Below are positions 19,731 to 30,280 of a stretch of DNA of 64,000 nucleotides, in pieces. The stretch comes from Bacteroidales bacterium (lineage in GTDB: Bacteria; Bacteroidota; Bacteroidia; Bacteroidales; Marinilabiliaceae), in contig JBBQUP010000002.1 in assembly GCA_038212305.1 (NCBI GenBank), positions 10,861 to 74,860 on the forward strand, given 5' to 3'. The notes under the pieces were generated by a model, which had not been told where the DNA came from, searched no databases, and saw only the letters and a list, made by a program, of their open reading frames with translations. The translations under genes and the position numbers were made by a program. Within the stretch, counting starts at the first letter, position 1; the number at the start of each line of letters is the position of its first letter.

Positions 19731-22700
19731 TTAGTCAAGTGTTACACTTAATCCTAAACCACGCATTTCATGTAACAATACGTTTAACGATTCAGGAATA
19801 CCTGGTTGTGGAAGTGGATCTCCCTTAACAATGGCTTCGTAAGCTTTAGCACGTCCCATCACATCATCACTCTTAACTGTAAGAATTTCCTGAAGTATAT
19901 GAGCAGCACCAAATGCTTCCAGTGCCCAAACCTCCATCTCACCAAAACGCTGACCTCCAAATTGAGCTTTACCTCCAAGTGGTTGTTGTGTAATAAGTGA
20001 ATATGGTCCAATGGAACGAGCATGCATTTTATCTTCAACCATGTGACCTAGTTTAAGCATATAAATCACACCTACGGTTGCAGGCTGATGAAAACGATCA
20101 CCAGTACCACCATCGTAAAGGTAAGTCTTACCAAAATGTGGAATATTTGCCTTTTCAGTCCAATGCTTCAAATCCTCTAATTTACCACCATCAAAAATAG
20201 GTGTTGCGAATTTCACGCCTAACTCTTTTCCGGCCCAGCCTAAAACTGTTTCGTAAATTTGTCCAAGGTTCATACGCGAAGGTACACCAAGAGGATTCAA
20301 TACAATATCTACAGGTGTTCCATCTTCAAGGAATGGCATATCCTCGGCACGTACAATACGAGATACAATCCCCTTATTTCCGTGACGTCCTGCCATTTTA
20401 TCTCCTACAGTGATTTTTCGTTTTTTAGCAATGTAAACTTTTGCTAACTGAATAATACCTGCTGGAAGTTCATCTCCAATGGTAACATTATATTTCTGAC
20501 GTTTTTCCCTTGACTCTAATTCCCTGTGTTTCGACAAATAATTGTGAACAACCTTTTGAATCAAGTCATTCTTATCTTTATCGGTAGTCCACTTATTAGG
20601 ATTAACACTCAAGTAATCAACATCTTGAAGTACTTTTTGTGTAAACTTAGTTCCTTTGGCAATCACATCAACGCCTAAATAATCTTTTACGCCTTGCGAT
20701 GTTTTCCCATTGATAAGTCCAAACAATTTATCAACTAAACGAGTCTTTAAATCCTCAGCATTACGTTGGAATTCGGCATCAATTTTTGACAATTGAGCTT
20801 TATCGGTTGTACGCGATTTACGATCTTTAATAATGCGTGAGAATAATTTTTTATCAATCACAACTCCGTTTAACGATGGAGATGCTTTTAATGAGGCATC
20901 TTTTACATCACCTGCTTTTTCACCAAAAATGGCACGAAGCAGTTTTTCTTCCGGTGTTGGATCACTTTCTCCTTTAGGTGTGATTTTTCCGATTAGGATA
21001 TCTCCGGGCTTAACATGTGCGCCAATACGAATCAATCCATTCTCATCCAAATCTTTAGTTGCCTCTTCGCTTACATTAGGAATATCAGAAGTTAATTCTT
21101 CCATACCCCTTTTGGTATCACGAACTTCCAATGAATACTCATCAATATGCACTGATGTGAATATATCATTACTTACAACTTTTTCGGATATTACAATCGC
21201 ATCCTCAAAGTTGTAACCTTTCCAAGGCATAAATGCAACCTTCAAGTTACGCCCCAGTGCTAAATCGCCCAGCTCAGTACTGTAACCATCGGTCATAATT
21301 TGACCTTTAACCACACGCTGACCTTTTAACACCAATGGTTTAATATCAATGGTTGTATTTTGGTTGGTTTTCTGATACTTTAATAACCGATAACGTTTAG
21401 TTTCCGATTCAAAAGAAACAAACATTTCATCTTCGGTCTTATCATATCTAACCACTATTTCATTGGCATCTACATACTCAACTACACCTTCGCCTTCGGC
21501 TACAATGTGGGTACGTGAGTCGCTAATTAGCTTACTTTCAAGTCCAGTTCCAACAATAGGTGCTTCAGGTCGTAACAAAGGTACAGCCTGGCGCATCATG
21601 TTCGATCCCATCAAAGCACGGTTCGCATCATCATGTTCCAAAAACGGAATCAAAGAAGCAGCAATTGAAGCAATTTGATTAGGAGCAACGTCCATTAAAT
21701 GCACTTCTTCAGGTGCTACAACTGGATAATCAGCAGCAAAACGAGATTTAACACGAGGATTTATGAATTCTCCAGACTCATTTAAAGGTGCATTTGCTTG
21801 GGCAATAATTTGATTTTCTTCTTCTTCAGCTGAAAAATATACAGTTCCAACATTCGTTAAATCAACTTTACCTTTAGTTACCTTACGATAAGGAGTTTCA
21901 ATAAAACCTAATTCGTTTATTTTTGCATATACACAAAGAGACGAGATCAAACCAATATTAGGCCCTTCAGGCGTTTCAATTGGACATAAACGACCATAAT
22001 GTGTATAATGTACATCTCGCACCTCAAATCCAGCTCGCTCGCGCGAAAGACCACCTGGCCCAAGGGCAGACATCCTCCTTTTGTGAGTGATTTCAGCCAA
22101 TGGATTGGTTTGATCCATGAATTGCGATAATGCATTCGTACCAAAGAAACTATTTATAACAGATGACATGGTTTTGCTATTGATCAAATCAATAGGCGTA
22201 AACACCTCATTGTCACGCACATTCATTCGCTCTCGAATAGTACGAGCCATGCGAGCCAAACCTACTCCAAATTGAGTAGCCAATTGCTCTCCGACTGTAC
22301 GAACACGACGATTGCTCAAGTGATCGATATCATCGACATCGGTTTTTGAGTTAATCAACTCAATCAAATGTTTGATAATGGCGATAATATCCTCTTTAGT
22401 TAAAACTTTAATCGAAGAATCAGTTTCTTGCTTAAGTTTTTTATTTAATCGATAACGACCAACATCACCCAAATCGTAACGCTTATCTGAAAAGAATAAC
22501 TTATCAATAACATCACGAGCTGTAGCTTCATCTGGTGGCTCAGCATTACGTAATTGTCTGTAAATATGCAATACAGCCTCTTTTTCAGAGTTACATGCAT
22601 CTTTTTGAAGCGTATTATAGATAATCGCGTAATCAGCTAGATTTTGATTTTCTTTATGTAAAAGAATAGCTTTTGTACCTGAATCGATAATCTCATCTAT

Positions 22701-23540
22701 GTGATCATCCTCAAGAACCGTTTCACGATCGATGATTACTTCATTTCGCTCAATTGAAACAACTTCACCAGTATCCTCATCTACAAAATCTTCTATCCAT
22801 GATTTTAATACACGGGCAGCCAATTTTCGACCAACAACTTTTTTAAGTGCTGTTTTATTGACTTTTATTTCATCAGCTAATCCAAATATTTCGAGAATAT
22901 CTTTATCGCCTTCATAGCCGATAGCTCTCAACAAAGTGGTAACTGGCAATTTTTTCTTCCTGTCGATATAAGCATACATGACATTATTAATGTCAGTAGC
23001 AAACTCTATCCATGATCCTCTAAAAGGAATAATCCGAGCTGAGTATAATTTGCTACCATTGGCGTGTGTGCTTTGTCCAAAAAACACACCTGGTGAACGG
23101 TGTAATTGCGATACAATAACACGTTCAGCACCATTAATGATAAACGAACCTTTATCAGTCATATATGGAACTGTACCTAAGTATACATCTTGCACAACTG
23201 TGTCAAAATCTTCATGCTCAGGATCGGTACAGTAAAGTTTTAATTTCGCCTTAAGAGGCACACTAAAAGTAAGTCCTCGTTCGATACACTCAGGTATTGA
23301 ATACCTTGGAGGATCCACTGAATAATCTAAAAATTCAAGGACAAAATTGTTACGAGTGTCAGAGATTGGAAAATTTTCGAGGAAAACTTGCCATAAACCA
23401 TCATTCCTACGCTCTTCTGGCGTAGAGGCCAATTGTAAAAATTCTCTGAAAGATTTCAATTGAACTTCCAATAAATCAGGATAATCGAGCTGATTTTTTA
23501 TAGAAGCAAAGCTAATCCTTTCAATAATATTTGGAATCAT
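19731..23540 (-). CDS. rpoB: DNA-directed RNA polymerase subunit beta
   Basis: 1269 aa; conserved beta-subunit blocks ([24 protein letters not shown]). Confidence 0.99.
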   Translation of the reverse strand: MIPNIIERISFASIKNQLDYPDLLEVQLKSFREFLQLASTPEERRNDGLWQVFLENFPISDTRNNFVLEFLDYSVDPPRYSIPECIERGLTFSVPLKAKLKLYCTDPEHEDFDTVVQDVYLGTVPYMTDKGSFIINGAERVIVSQLHRSPGVFFGQSTHANGSKLYSARIIPFRGSWIEFATDINNVMYAYIDRKKKLPVTTLLRAIGYEGDKDILEIFGLADEIKVNKTALKKVVGRKLAARVLKSWIEDFVDEDTGEVVSIERNEVIIDRETVLEDDHIDEIIDSGTKAILLHKENQNLADYAIIYNTLQKDACNSEKEAVLHIYRQLRNAEPPDEATARDVIDKLFFSDKRYDLGDVGRYRLNKKLKQETDSSIKVLTKEDIIAIIKHLIELINSKTDVDDIDHLSNRRVRTVGEQLATQFGVGLARMARTIRERMNVRDNEVFTPIDLINSKTMSSVINSFFGTNALSQFMDQTNPLAEITHKRRMSALGPGGLSRERAGFEVRDVHYTHYGRLCPIETPEGPNIGLISSLCVYAKINELGFIETPYRKVTKGKVDLTNVGTVYFSAEEEENQIIAQANAPLNESGEFINPRVKSRFAADYPVVAPEEVHLMDVAPNQIASIAASLIPFLEHDDANRALMGSNMMRQAVPLLRPEAPIVGTGLESKLISDSRTHIVAEGEGVVEYVDANEIVVRYDKTEDEMFVSFESETKRYRLLKYQKTNQNTTIDIKPLVLKGQRVVKGQIMTDGYSTELGDLALGRNLKVAFMPWKGYNFEDAIVISEKVVSNDIFTSVHIDEYSLEVRDTKRGMEELTSDIPNVSEEATKDLDENGLIRIGAHVKPGDILIGKITPKGESDPTPEEKLLRAIFGEKAGDVKDASLKASPSLNGVVIDKKLFSRIIKDRKSRTTDKAQLSKIDAEFQRNAEDLKTRLVDKLFGLINGKTSQGVKDYLGVDVIAKGTKFTQKVLQDVDYLSVNPNKWTTDKDKNDLIQKVVHNYLSKHRELESREKRQKYNVTIGDELPAGIIQLAKVYIAKKRKITVGDKMAGRHGNKGIVSRIVRAEDMPFLEDGTPVDIVLNPLGVPSRMNLGQIYETVLGWAGKELGVKFATPIFDGGKLEDLKHWTEKANIPHFGKTYLYDGGTGDRFHQPATVGVIYMLKLGHMVEDKMHARSIGPYSLITQQPLGGKAQFGGQRFGEMEVWALEAFGAAHILQEILTVKSDDVMGRAKAYEAIVKGDPLPQPGIPESLNVLLHEMRGLGLSVTLD

Positions 23541-23583
23541 CTATCAACGAATTATGTGAACTTAATATTAAAAAGCACAAAAA

Positions 23584-23617
23584 GGTTTAGGAATCATTTG
23601 ACATAGATTCCTAAACC
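23584..23617 (-). promoter_or_regulatory. rplL-rpoB intergenic hairpin (attenuator/processing-site candidate)
   Basis: Perfect 12-bp inverted repeat GGTTTAGGAATC (23584-23595) / GATTCCTAAACC (23606-23617), 10-nt loop. Confidence 0.5.
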
Positions 23618-23639
23618 GATTCCTATAAAAGGATAGAAT

Positions 23640-24017
23640 TTACTTAAGTTCAACTTCTGCTCCAGCTTCTATTAACTGTGATTTTAATGCTTCAGCTTCT
23701 TCTTTGCTAACTTTTTCTTTGATAGGAGTTGGTGCTTTGTCAACTAATTCTTTAGCTTCTTTTAGACCAATACCTGTCATTTCTTTAACAAGCTTCACAA
23801 TAGCTAATTTTGAACCACCTGCAGCTTTAAGAATTACATCAAACTCAGTTTGAGCAGCAGCTTCCACAGCTTCACCACCAGCGGCTGGTCCAGCTACAGC
23901 CACAGCAGCAGCAGCAGGCTCAATGCCATATTCATCTTTAAGAATTAGAGCAAGTTCGCTAACTTCTTTTACAGTCAAATTTACTAATTCTTCTGCAAGC
24001 TTCTTGATATCTGCCAT
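23640..24017 (-). CDS. rplL: 50S ribosomal protein L7/L12
   Basis: 125 aa, Ala-rich hinge, C-terminal [10 protein letters not shown] motif. Confidence 0.97.
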   Translation of the reverse strand: MADIKKLAEELVNLTVKEVSELALILKDEYGIEPAAAAVAVAGPAAGGEAVEAAAQTEFDVILKAAGGSKLAIVKLVKEMTGIGLKEAKELVDKAPTPIKEKVSKEEAEALKSQLIEAGAEVELK

Positions 24018-24053
24018 TTTTATTTTAATTAAATTGTATTGTTTCTAAATAAA

Positions 24054-24575
24054 TTATTTTCTCTCTTCTAATGTTTTAAGCAACCCATGAATAGTATAAC
24101 CACCTGATTGCAAGGCAGAAACAACATTTTTCATTGGAGATTGCAACAATGCTATCACATCGCCTATCAACTCTTCTTTAGATTTGATGCTAACCAATGT
24201 TTCAAGCAAATTACTTCCTCCTGCATATACTGATTCTTCAACAAATGCACCTTTTAACACAGGCTTTTTTGTTTTTTTGCTAAAATCTTTAATTAATTTA
24301 GCAGGTAAGTTTCCAGTATTACTGAAGAAAATAGCAGACGTTCCCTTTAATGTGCTATAAAGTTCACTGTAATTTCCTTCGCTTTGCTCTAAAGCTTTAA
24401 TAAATAGGGTGTTTTTAACCACCAACAATTTAACTCCTTGATCATAGCAAAGTCTACGTAGATTACTTGTCATTCCAGCGTTCATTCCTGACGTATCAGC
24501 CACATAAAAATGACTGTATTCTTTAACAGACGCTGCCAAATCTTGTATTAAAGCGCTTTTATCTTCCTTTTTCAT
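24054..24575 (-). CDS. rplJ: 50S ribosomal protein L10
   Basis: 173 aa, position between rplA and rplL, typical L10 sequence pattern. Confidence 0.95.
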   Translation of the reverse strand: MKKEDKSALIQDLAASVKEYSHFYVADTSGMNAGMTSNLRRLCYDQGVKLLVVKNTLFIKALEQSEGNYSELYSTLKGTSAIFFSNTGNLPAKLIKDFSKKTKKPVLKGAFVEESVYAGGSNLLETLVSIKSKEELIGDVIALLQSPMKNVVSALQSGGYTIHGLLKTLEERK

Positions 24576-24602
24576 GATAGTCTTAATCTGATTAATTATA
24601 CA

Positions 24603-25298
24603 TTAAACTTCTACCGATTTCGAATCAATTCGAATACCGGGACTCATGGTGCTGGAAAGATAAATACTCTTAATGTAAGTACCTTTAGCCGCTGAAGGCT
24701 TCAGTTTTTGAATGACATGCACAAATTCCCGAACATTCTCGGCAATTTTTTCGGGAGAGAATGATACTTTGCCAACGCTTGAGTGAACTATGCCATAACG
24801 ATCAACTTTAAAGTCAATCTTACCGGCTTTAACTTCTGTCACAGCTTTAGCTATATCCATTGTAACTGTTCCGCTTTTAGGGTTTGGCATTAAACCGCGA
24901 GGACCTAATACCCTACCTAACTGACCCACTTTAGCCATCACGCTAGGCATAGTTATAATTACATCGATATCGGTCCAACCGCCTTTAATTTTCTCGATGA
25001 AATCATCTAACCCAACATGATCAGCACCAGCATTGCGTGCTTCTTCTTCTTTATCAGGAGAACATAACACTAACACTCGAGTCTCTTTACCTGTCCCGTG
25101 TGGCAGGGATACTACACCCCTTACCATCTGGTTGGCTTTACGCGGATCTACGCCCAAACGAACATCGATATCAACAGATGCATCAAATTTAGTTGTGGTA
25201 ATATCTTTTACCAAAAGTGATGCGTCCTCGATTGGATATTGCTTGGTATCGTCAACTTTCGCTAATGCTAACTTTTTATTCTTTGTTAGTTTTGCCAT
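24603..25298 (-). CDS. rplA: 50S ribosomal protein L1
   Basis: 231 aa; LPHGTGK and [11 protein letters not shown] motifs. Confidence 0.97.
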   Translation of the reverse strand: MAKLTKNKKLALAKVDDTKQYPIEDASLLVKDITTTKFDASVDIDVRLGVDPRKANQMVRGVVSLPHGTGKETRVLVLCSPDKEEEARNAGADHVGLDDFIEKIKGGWTDIDVIITMPSVMAKVGQLGRVLGPRGLMPNPKSGTVTMDIAKAVTEVKAGKIDFKVDRYGIVHSSVGKVSFSPEKIAENVREFVHVIQKLKPSAAKGTYIKSIYLSSTMSPGIRIDSKSVEV

Positions 25299-25317
25299 TT
25301 TTCCAATAAGGGTTTAA

Positions 25318-25761
25318 TTAATTTTTTCCAGGGAAAGTACCTTCAACGGTAACACCCATGCTTCTGGCAGTACCAGCAATCATCCGCATTGCAGAGTCTA
25401 CTGTAAAACAGTTCATATCAGCCATTTTTCCTTCTGCGATGTCTTTAACTTGGTTCCAGTTAACAGAACCAACTTTTTTACGGTTAGGTTCTGCAGATCC
25501 GCCTTTAATTTTGGCAGCCTCCATAACCTGAACAGCAGCAGGAGGTGTTTTAACAACAAAATCAAATGATTTGTCCTTATACACCGTAATAACCACAGGT
25601 AAAACCTTACCGGCTTTTTCCTGAGTTCTGGCATTGAACTGCTTACAAAACTCCATAATATTCACACCCTTTGAACCTAATGCAGGTCCTACAGGAGGTG
25701 ATGGGTTTGCTGCACCACCTTTTATCTGTAACTTGATAAAAGTTTCTACTTCTTTAGCCAT
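25318..25761 (-). CDS. rplK: 50S ribosomal protein L11
   Basis: 147 aa; PPVGPALG motif. Confidence 0.97.
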   Translation of the reverse strand: MAKEVETFIKLQIKGGAANPSPPVGPALGSKGVNIMEFCKQFNARTQEKAGKVLPVVITVYKDKSFDFVVKTPPAAVQVMEAAKIKGGSAEPNRKKVGSVNWNQVKDIAEGKMADMNCFTVDSAMRMIAGTARSMGVTVEGTFPGKN

Positions 25762-25862
25762 TGTAGCAATTCGTATTTATTGATTAAATTATTGTCGATA
25801 AAATAAATAGTGGCAGGGATAATCCTAAATGGATTAGTTTGGAAGCCTATTCTACTCAAAAT

Positions 25863-26408
25863 TTACTCTTTTTCGACTTGCAAAAAGCTCAGTTCCAAAG
25901 GTGTTTTACGGCCAAATATTTTAACCATCACCTTTAATTTTCTTTTCTCTTCATTCACATCTTCAATAGTTCCATTGAAGCCATTGAACGGTCCATCTAT
26001 TACTTTTACTGTTTCTCCAATAATAAAAGGATTATTCATCGTTTCGTCTGATTCAGACAATTCATCAACTTTACCTAATATTCGGTTGACCTCTGATAAA
26101 CGCAAAGGAGTTGGATTATTCCCACTATCACCTAAAAAACCAATAACATTTGGTATGTTTTTAAGTATGTGAGCAATTTCTCCCACTAAAGCTGCTTCAA
26201 TTAAGACATATCCTGGCAGGTAATTTCGTTCTTTACTAACTTTTTTACCATTACGAATCTGAAAAATCTTTTCGGAAGGTATAAGAACTTGAGATACATA
26301 ATCCGTTAAGTTTAATGAAGCTATTTCACTCTCAACGTATTCTTTTACCTTTTTCTCTTTACCTCCGATAGCTCTTAAGACGTACCACTTTTTTTCAATC
26401 TCGGCCAT
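25863..26408 (-). CDS. nusG: Transcription termination/antitermination factor NusG
   Basis: 181 aa; KWYVLRA NGN start, C-terminal KOW (GETVKVIDGPF), secE-nusG-rplK order. Confidence 0.95.
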   Translation of the reverse strand: MAEIEKKWYVLRAIGGKEKKVKEYVESEIASLNLTDYVSQVLIPSEKIFQIRNGKKVSKERNYLPGYVLIEAALVGEIAHILKNIPNVIGFLGDSGNNPTPLRLSEVNRILGKVDELSESDETMNNPFIIGETVKVIDGPFNGFNGTIEDVNEEKRKLKVMVKIFGRKTPLELSFLQVEKE

Positions 26409-26425
26409 TTTCTTGCCTCTCTAGT

Positions 26426-26620
26426 TTAATAAAGTTGTTCGTACAATTTTGATAAGATGAACTCAAAACTTGAATCCATCAAGAAAACCACAACAGCAAT
26501 TATGGCTGATGCAACCATAACCACAAGTGCACTATTGGTTAGTTCAGACCAAGTAGGCCATGATGTTTTTTGAATTAGTTCGCTTTGAACATCTTTTAAA
26601 TAGGCAATGAATTTATTCAT
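26426..26620 (-). CDS. secE: Preprotein translocase subunit SecE
   Basis: Single TM helix; KDVQSELIQKTSWPTWSE pattern. Start chosen at MNKFIAYLKDV (26620) rather than the tracked 26665. Confidence 0.8.
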   Translation of the reverse strand: MNKFIAYLKDVQSELIQKTSWPTWSELTNSALVVMVASAIIAVVVFLMDSSFEFILSKLYEQLY

Positions 26621-26724
26621 CGTAGTTGTTACTTTACTTTTCTGTAAATGTTTTAAACTTATCAAGTGTTACTTAACACTTAGCCGGATCACATCCTTTT
26701 CCAAGAATTTAATCCGGTATCATG

Positions 26725-26797
26725 CACGGGAGGAGCGACTCGAACGCCCGACACTCGGTTTTGGAGACCGATGCTCTACCAACTGAGCTACACCCGT
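26725..26797 (-). tRNA. tRNA-Trp (anticodon CCA)
   Basis: Hand-folded cloverleaf. Acceptor ACGGGTG/CTCCCGT (one U-U mismatch). Anticodon arm TCGGT-CTCCAAA-ACCGA. T arm GGGCG-TTCGAGT-CGCTC. Discriminator G. Canonical tuf/secE position. Confidence 0.9.
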
Positions 26798-26838
26798 ATA
26801 TATAGGGGAAATTTCTCTCCCCTATTTATATTTAGAAA

Positions 26839-28026
26839 TTACTCTAAAATTTCAGTGATCTGACCTGCACCAACTGTACGTCCACCTTCGCGAATCGCGA
26901 AACGAAGACCTTGGTTCATAGCAACAGGATAAATAAGCTCAACAATGATACTTACGTTATCACCTGGCATAACCATTTCAGTTCCTTCTGGAAGAGAAAT
27001 CTCGCCGGTAATATCTAGAGTACGTAAGAAAAACTGAGGACGATATTTATTATGGAATGGAGTGTGACGTCCACCTTCTTCTTTTTTCAATACGTAAATC
27101 TCAGCTTTAAACTTAGTGTGTGGTTTAATTGTATTTGCTTTACAAAGAACCATACCACGCTTAATATCTGCTTTATCGATACCACGTAACAATAAACCTA
27201 CGTTATCACCAGCTTGTCCTTCATCAAGAATCTTACGAAACATCTCAACTCCAGTACAAACAGTTTTTTTACCAGCTGCTCCAAGACCAATGATTTGCAT
27301 CTCTTCACCTGTTTTGATAATACCTGTTTCGATACGTCCTGTTGCAACAGTTCCACGACCAGTGATAGTGAAAACGTCTTCGATAGGCATTACGAAAGGC
27401 TTATCAATAGCACGGGGAGGAAGTTCAATCCAGCTATCAACTGCATTCATTAAATCCATTACTTTTTCTTCCCATTCTGGCTCACCGTTCATTGCACCTA
27501 ATGCAGAACCTTGAATTACTGGAGAGTTATCACCATCGAACTTATAAAAAGTTAACAATTCGCGAAGCTCCATTTCCACAAGTTCCAATAATTCTGGATC
27601 ATCAACCATATCCACTTTATTCATGAATACAACGATACGAGGAACGTTTACCTGACGAGCCAAAAGGATGTGCTCGCGTGTTTGAGGCATAGGTCCATCA
27701 GTTGCAGCACAAACTAAAATAGCACCATCCATTTGAGCAGCACCAGTAACCATGTTTTTAACATAGTCAGCGTGACCTGGACAGTCAACGTGTGCATAGT
27801 GGCGGTTTTCAGTTGAATACTCAACGTGTGCGGTGTTGATAGTAATACCACGCTCTTTCTCTTCAGGAGCGTTGTCGATTGATGCAAAATCTTTTACTTC
27901 AGACAAACCTTTTTTTGCTAACACCATTGTGATAGCAGCGGTTAATGTGGTTTTGCCGTGGTCAACGTGGCCAATGGTACCAATATTAACGTGTGGTTTG
28001 GTCCTTTTAAATTGTTCTTTAGCCAT
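26839..28026 (-). CDS. tuf: Elongation factor Tu
   Basis: [27 protein letters not shown] start, DCPGH and NKVD GTPase motifs. The tracked 5' extension (to 28122) runs into tRNA-Thr and was rejected. Confidence 0.99.
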   Translation of the reverse strand: MAKEQFKRTKPHVNIGTIGHVDHGKTTLTAAITMVLAKKGLSEVKDFASIDNAPEEKERGITINTAHVEYSTENRHYAHVDCPGHADYVKNMVTGAAQMDGAILVCAATDGPMPQTREHILLARQVNVPRIVVFMNKVDMVDDPELLELVEMELRELLTFYKFDGDNSPVIQGSALGAMNGEPEWEEKVMDLMNAVDSWIELPPRAIDKPFVMPIEDVFTITGRGTVATGRIETGIIKTGEEMQIIGLGAAGKKTVCTGVEMFRKILDEGQAGDNVGLLLRGIDKADIKRGMVLCKANTIKPHTKFKAEIYVLKKEEGGRHTPFHNKYRPQFFLRTLDITGEISLPEGTEMVMPGDNVSIIVELIYPVAMNQGLRFAIREGGRTVGAGQITEILE

Positions 28027-28080
28027 AACTCGAAATATTTGACAATTAGATAAAAGTGTTAAAAAACCTTCTGTTTCTTG

Positions 28081-28152
<72 letters not shown>

Positions 28153-28159
28153 GGTAGTG

Positions 28160-28232
28160 AGCGGGAGAAGGGGTTCAAACCCTCGACCCTCAGCTTGGAA
28201 GGCTGATGCTCTATCAACTGAGCTACTCCCGC
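28160..28232 (-). tRNA. tRNA-Gly (anticodon TCC)
   Basis: Perfect acceptor GCGGGAG/CTCCCGC; anticodon arm TCAGC-CTTCCAA-GCTGA. Confidence 0.92.
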
Positions 28233-28314
28233 ATAAACAAACCCTTAAAGGTATGTAATTTGAACTTAAATTAATACCTCAATGATTATTATTTCAATTA
28301 AAAAACTAACGATG

Positions 28315-28397
28315 TGGGGAGAGGAGGATTCGAACCTCCGAAGTCGTAAGACAACTGAGTTACAGTCAGTCCCATTTGGCCACTCTGGAATCTCCCC
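28315..28397 (-). tRNA. tRNA-Tyr (anticodon GTA), class II with long variable arm
   Basis: Acceptor GGGGAGA/TCTCCCC. Anticodon arm ACTGA-CTGTAAC-TCAGT. T arm GGAGG-TTCGAAT-CCTCC. 83 nt. Confidence 0.9.
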
Positions 28398-28436
28398 ATG
28401 CGTTGGTGAATCACGTTTGATTCTCTTTTTCATTTT

Positions 28437-28470
28437 AATAGGCTGATCATTTTTAGATAATCAGCCTATT
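28437..28470 (-). terminator. Hairpin downstream of hpf (terminator or processing-site candidate)
   Basis: Perfect 11-bp inverted repeat AATAGGCTGAT (28437-28447) / ATCAGCCTATT (28460-28470). No clear U-tract on the minus strand. Confidence 0.45.
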
Positions 28471-28511
28471 AAACTGCAATTTCCGTTTAATATGATTCTC
28501 AAAACGGTGTG

Positions 28512-28542
28512 CAAATGTATAATTTATTTTCTAGACAGCAAA
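28512..28542 (-). promoter_or_regulatory. Candidate Bacteroidota promoter for the tRNA-tuf transcription unit
   Basis: On the minus strand, TTTG (28542-28539), a 19-nt spacer, then TACATTTG (28519-28512). This matches TTTG-N19-21-TAnnTTTG. Confidence 0.35.
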
Positions 28543-28563
28543 AAAAATGTCCTTTTTTTTAAA

Positions 28564-28863
28564 TTATTTGGGTTGTACCTTCTCCTTCCACTTAATCAAC
28601 TGTTTACGCAATGCATCGCATGCCAAATCTATTGATTCTTCAAATGTTTTTGCTTGCTTTTTAGCAAAAAGATCTCCTCCGGGGATATTCAAGCTTATCT
28701 CGGCAACTTTGTTCTCAGCTACTTCTGATTTTTCAAGCTTTAAAATAACATCAGCGGTAATAATCCCTTCAAAAAATTGTTCGAGTTTATTAACTTTTAA
28801 ATTAACAAACTCTTCTAAATGTTCGGCTGCGGTAAAATGAACCGATTGAATTTTAATATTCAT
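28564..28863 (-). CDS. hpf: Ribosome hibernation promoting factor / RaiA family
   Basis: About 100 aa; MNIKIQSVHF...LEEFV pattern of the sigma-54 modulation/S30EA family. A start at 28869 is also possible. Confidence 0.85.
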   Translation of the reverse strand: MNIKIQSVHFTAAEHLEEFVNLKVNKLEQFFEGIITADVILKLEKSEVAENKVAEISLNIPGGDLFAKKQAKTFEESIDLACDALRKQLIKWKEKVQPK

Positions 28864-28880
28864 ATGCAATCCTCCATTTT

Positions 28881-29765
28881 TTAAGCCCTTGGATGGGCTT
28901 GTTTGTAAATAGAATTTAATTGATCAAAATTGTTATGCGTATATATTTCTGTTGCTGTTAAATTGGCATGACCTAATAACTCTTTAATGGCATTTAAATC
29001 AGCACCATGATTTAACAAAGCAGTGGCAAAAGTATGCCTTAATATATGGGGACTTTTTTTTGATAATGTGGTAACCATTGCCAAATGATGTTTTACCACA
29101 CGATAGATCAACTTATGATATATCGGTTCGCCATTTGCGGTTAAAAAAAGATCACTTGCATTATAATTGGGAAATGTAACACTTCTTAATAACAAGTACT
29201 CTTTCAACCTATCTTTAAGTTTATTGGTAAAAGGAACAAGCCTCTGTTTATTTCTTTTACCATTCACTTTAATTGTTCCACCAAAGAAATCAACATTTCC
29301 AAGTTGTAGAGATGCTAATTCGCTTAAGCGCATGCCTGTTAAATAAAACATCTCAATTATTAATTTGTTGCGAACACCTTCGTAGTCGATACCAAAATCA
29401 ACTTCGTCTAACAACAAATCCATCTCAGATTCCTTGACAAACTGAGGCAGACGCTTTGGTGTTTTTGGTTTAATAACCCCTTGAGCAGGATTATTTTCAA
29501 CAATCCCTTCGCGTTGCAAAAATTTAAAAAAAGATGTTAATGTGGCGATTTTTCGGTTAACGGATCTAGGAAGAAGGCCATGATCAAGCATACTAACCAT
29601 CCATTGACGAATATGCTTTGACGTTACCTCAGTCCAGTCAACCATTCTCTCATCGAAGTGAAATCGATGAAATTGTAATAAATCATTATTATACGAAACG
29701 ATGGTATGTTGAGAACCGCGTTTTTCGTATTTAATATTGTTAATAAACGATTGAATATATTGCAT
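28881..29765 (-). CDS. Tyrosine site-specific recombinase, XerC/XerD-like
   Basis: 294 aa; R...HxxR...Y catalytic pattern (GMRLSE, HILRHTFAT, LGHANLTATEIYTH). Confidence 0.85.
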   Translation of the reverse strand: MQYIQSFINNIKYEKRGSQHTIVSYNNDLLQFHRFHFDERMVDWTEVTSKHIRQWMVSMLDHGLLPRSVNRKIATLTSFFKFLQREGIVENNPAQGVIKPKTPKRLPQFVKESEMDLLLDEVDFGIDYEGVRNKLIIEMFYLTGMRLSELASLQLGNVDFFGGTIKVNGKRNKQRLVPFTNKLKDRLKEYLLLRSVTFPNYNASDLFLTANGEPIYHKLIYRVVKHHLAMVTTLSKKSPHILRHTFATALLNHGADLNAIKELLGHANLTATEIYTHNNFDQLNSIYKQAHPRA

Positions 29766-29899
29766 AAATATGAAGACTCCAAGTTATTGAAAAAATAAGA
29801 CCTTCATTTAATTACAATCCAATTTAGTATGGATAGTATTAACTGAGAACTATTTCAATTTACAAAAATAACCCGGAATTTTCATGATTTCTCGAACAA

Positions 29900-30091
29900 T
29901 TATTCTTCGTTACGCTGCAATTGCTCTATGTAGATTGCTTTTTTCACTTCCTCTCGACGAACAACAGATGGTTTCTCGAAAGCCTGACGTGAACGAAGCT
30001 CGCGCATTGCACCAGTTTTTTCAAATTTACGCTTGAATTTCTTCAAGGCTCTTTCAATGTTCTCACCTTCTTTAATAGGAACTACAATCAT
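29900..30091 (-). CDS. rpsU: 30S ribosomal protein S21
   Basis: 63 aa, basic, ALKKFKRKFEKTG pattern. Confidence 0.95.
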   Translation of the reverse strand: MIVVPIKEGENIERALKKFKRKFEKTGAMRELRSRQAFEKPSVVRREEVKKAIYIEQLQRNEE

Positions 30092-30150
30092 AATCTTCTC
30101 CTTTTACTTACTGTATTTATAATACTTTATATATCAATTACATTTAGTCT

Positions 30151-30188
30151 TTTGCAAGACACTCCACCTTAAAATTTGGAGATGCAAA
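30151..30188 (-). terminator. Imperfect hairpin between the ComEA-like gene and rpsU
   Basis: TTTGCA (30151-30156)/TGCAAA (30183-30188) enclosing CTCCA (30162-30166)/TGGAG (30177-30181). Confidence 0.3.
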
Positions 30189-30280
30189 GAAAATGAAGTT
30201 TCTTGATTGTCACAAGTTTTTAAACTTTTTTTTTCATCGGTAGGAGATTAATTTTTAAAAATTGCTGCATTCCAATGAAG

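Noticed and set aside
15546-23235. Many 60-130-aa ORFs antisense to or out of frame with rpoC and rpoB (for example 15546-15902, 17133-17453, 20833-21216, 22978-23235)
   Set aside because: They lie entirely inside two highly conserved long genes. Their compositions (Ser/Ile/Leu-rich) are typical of antisense frames of AT-rich coding DNA.
25810-26172. 120-aa ORF antisense to nusG, and 25413-25634 inside rplK
   Set aside because: These are shadow ORFs within well-supported conserved genes.
28547-28840. 97-aa plus-strand ORF
   Set aside because: It is a mirror image of the hpf gene, and hpf has a recognisable family pattern on the minus strand.
28881-29765. Xer-like recombinase plus nearby tRNA cluster as a sign of an integrated mobile element
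   Set aside because: No cargo genes, direct repeats or duplicated tRNA 3' end were visible. The neighbours are rpsU and hpf in an arrangement I recall as conserved, and the tRNAs belong to the canonical tuf operon.
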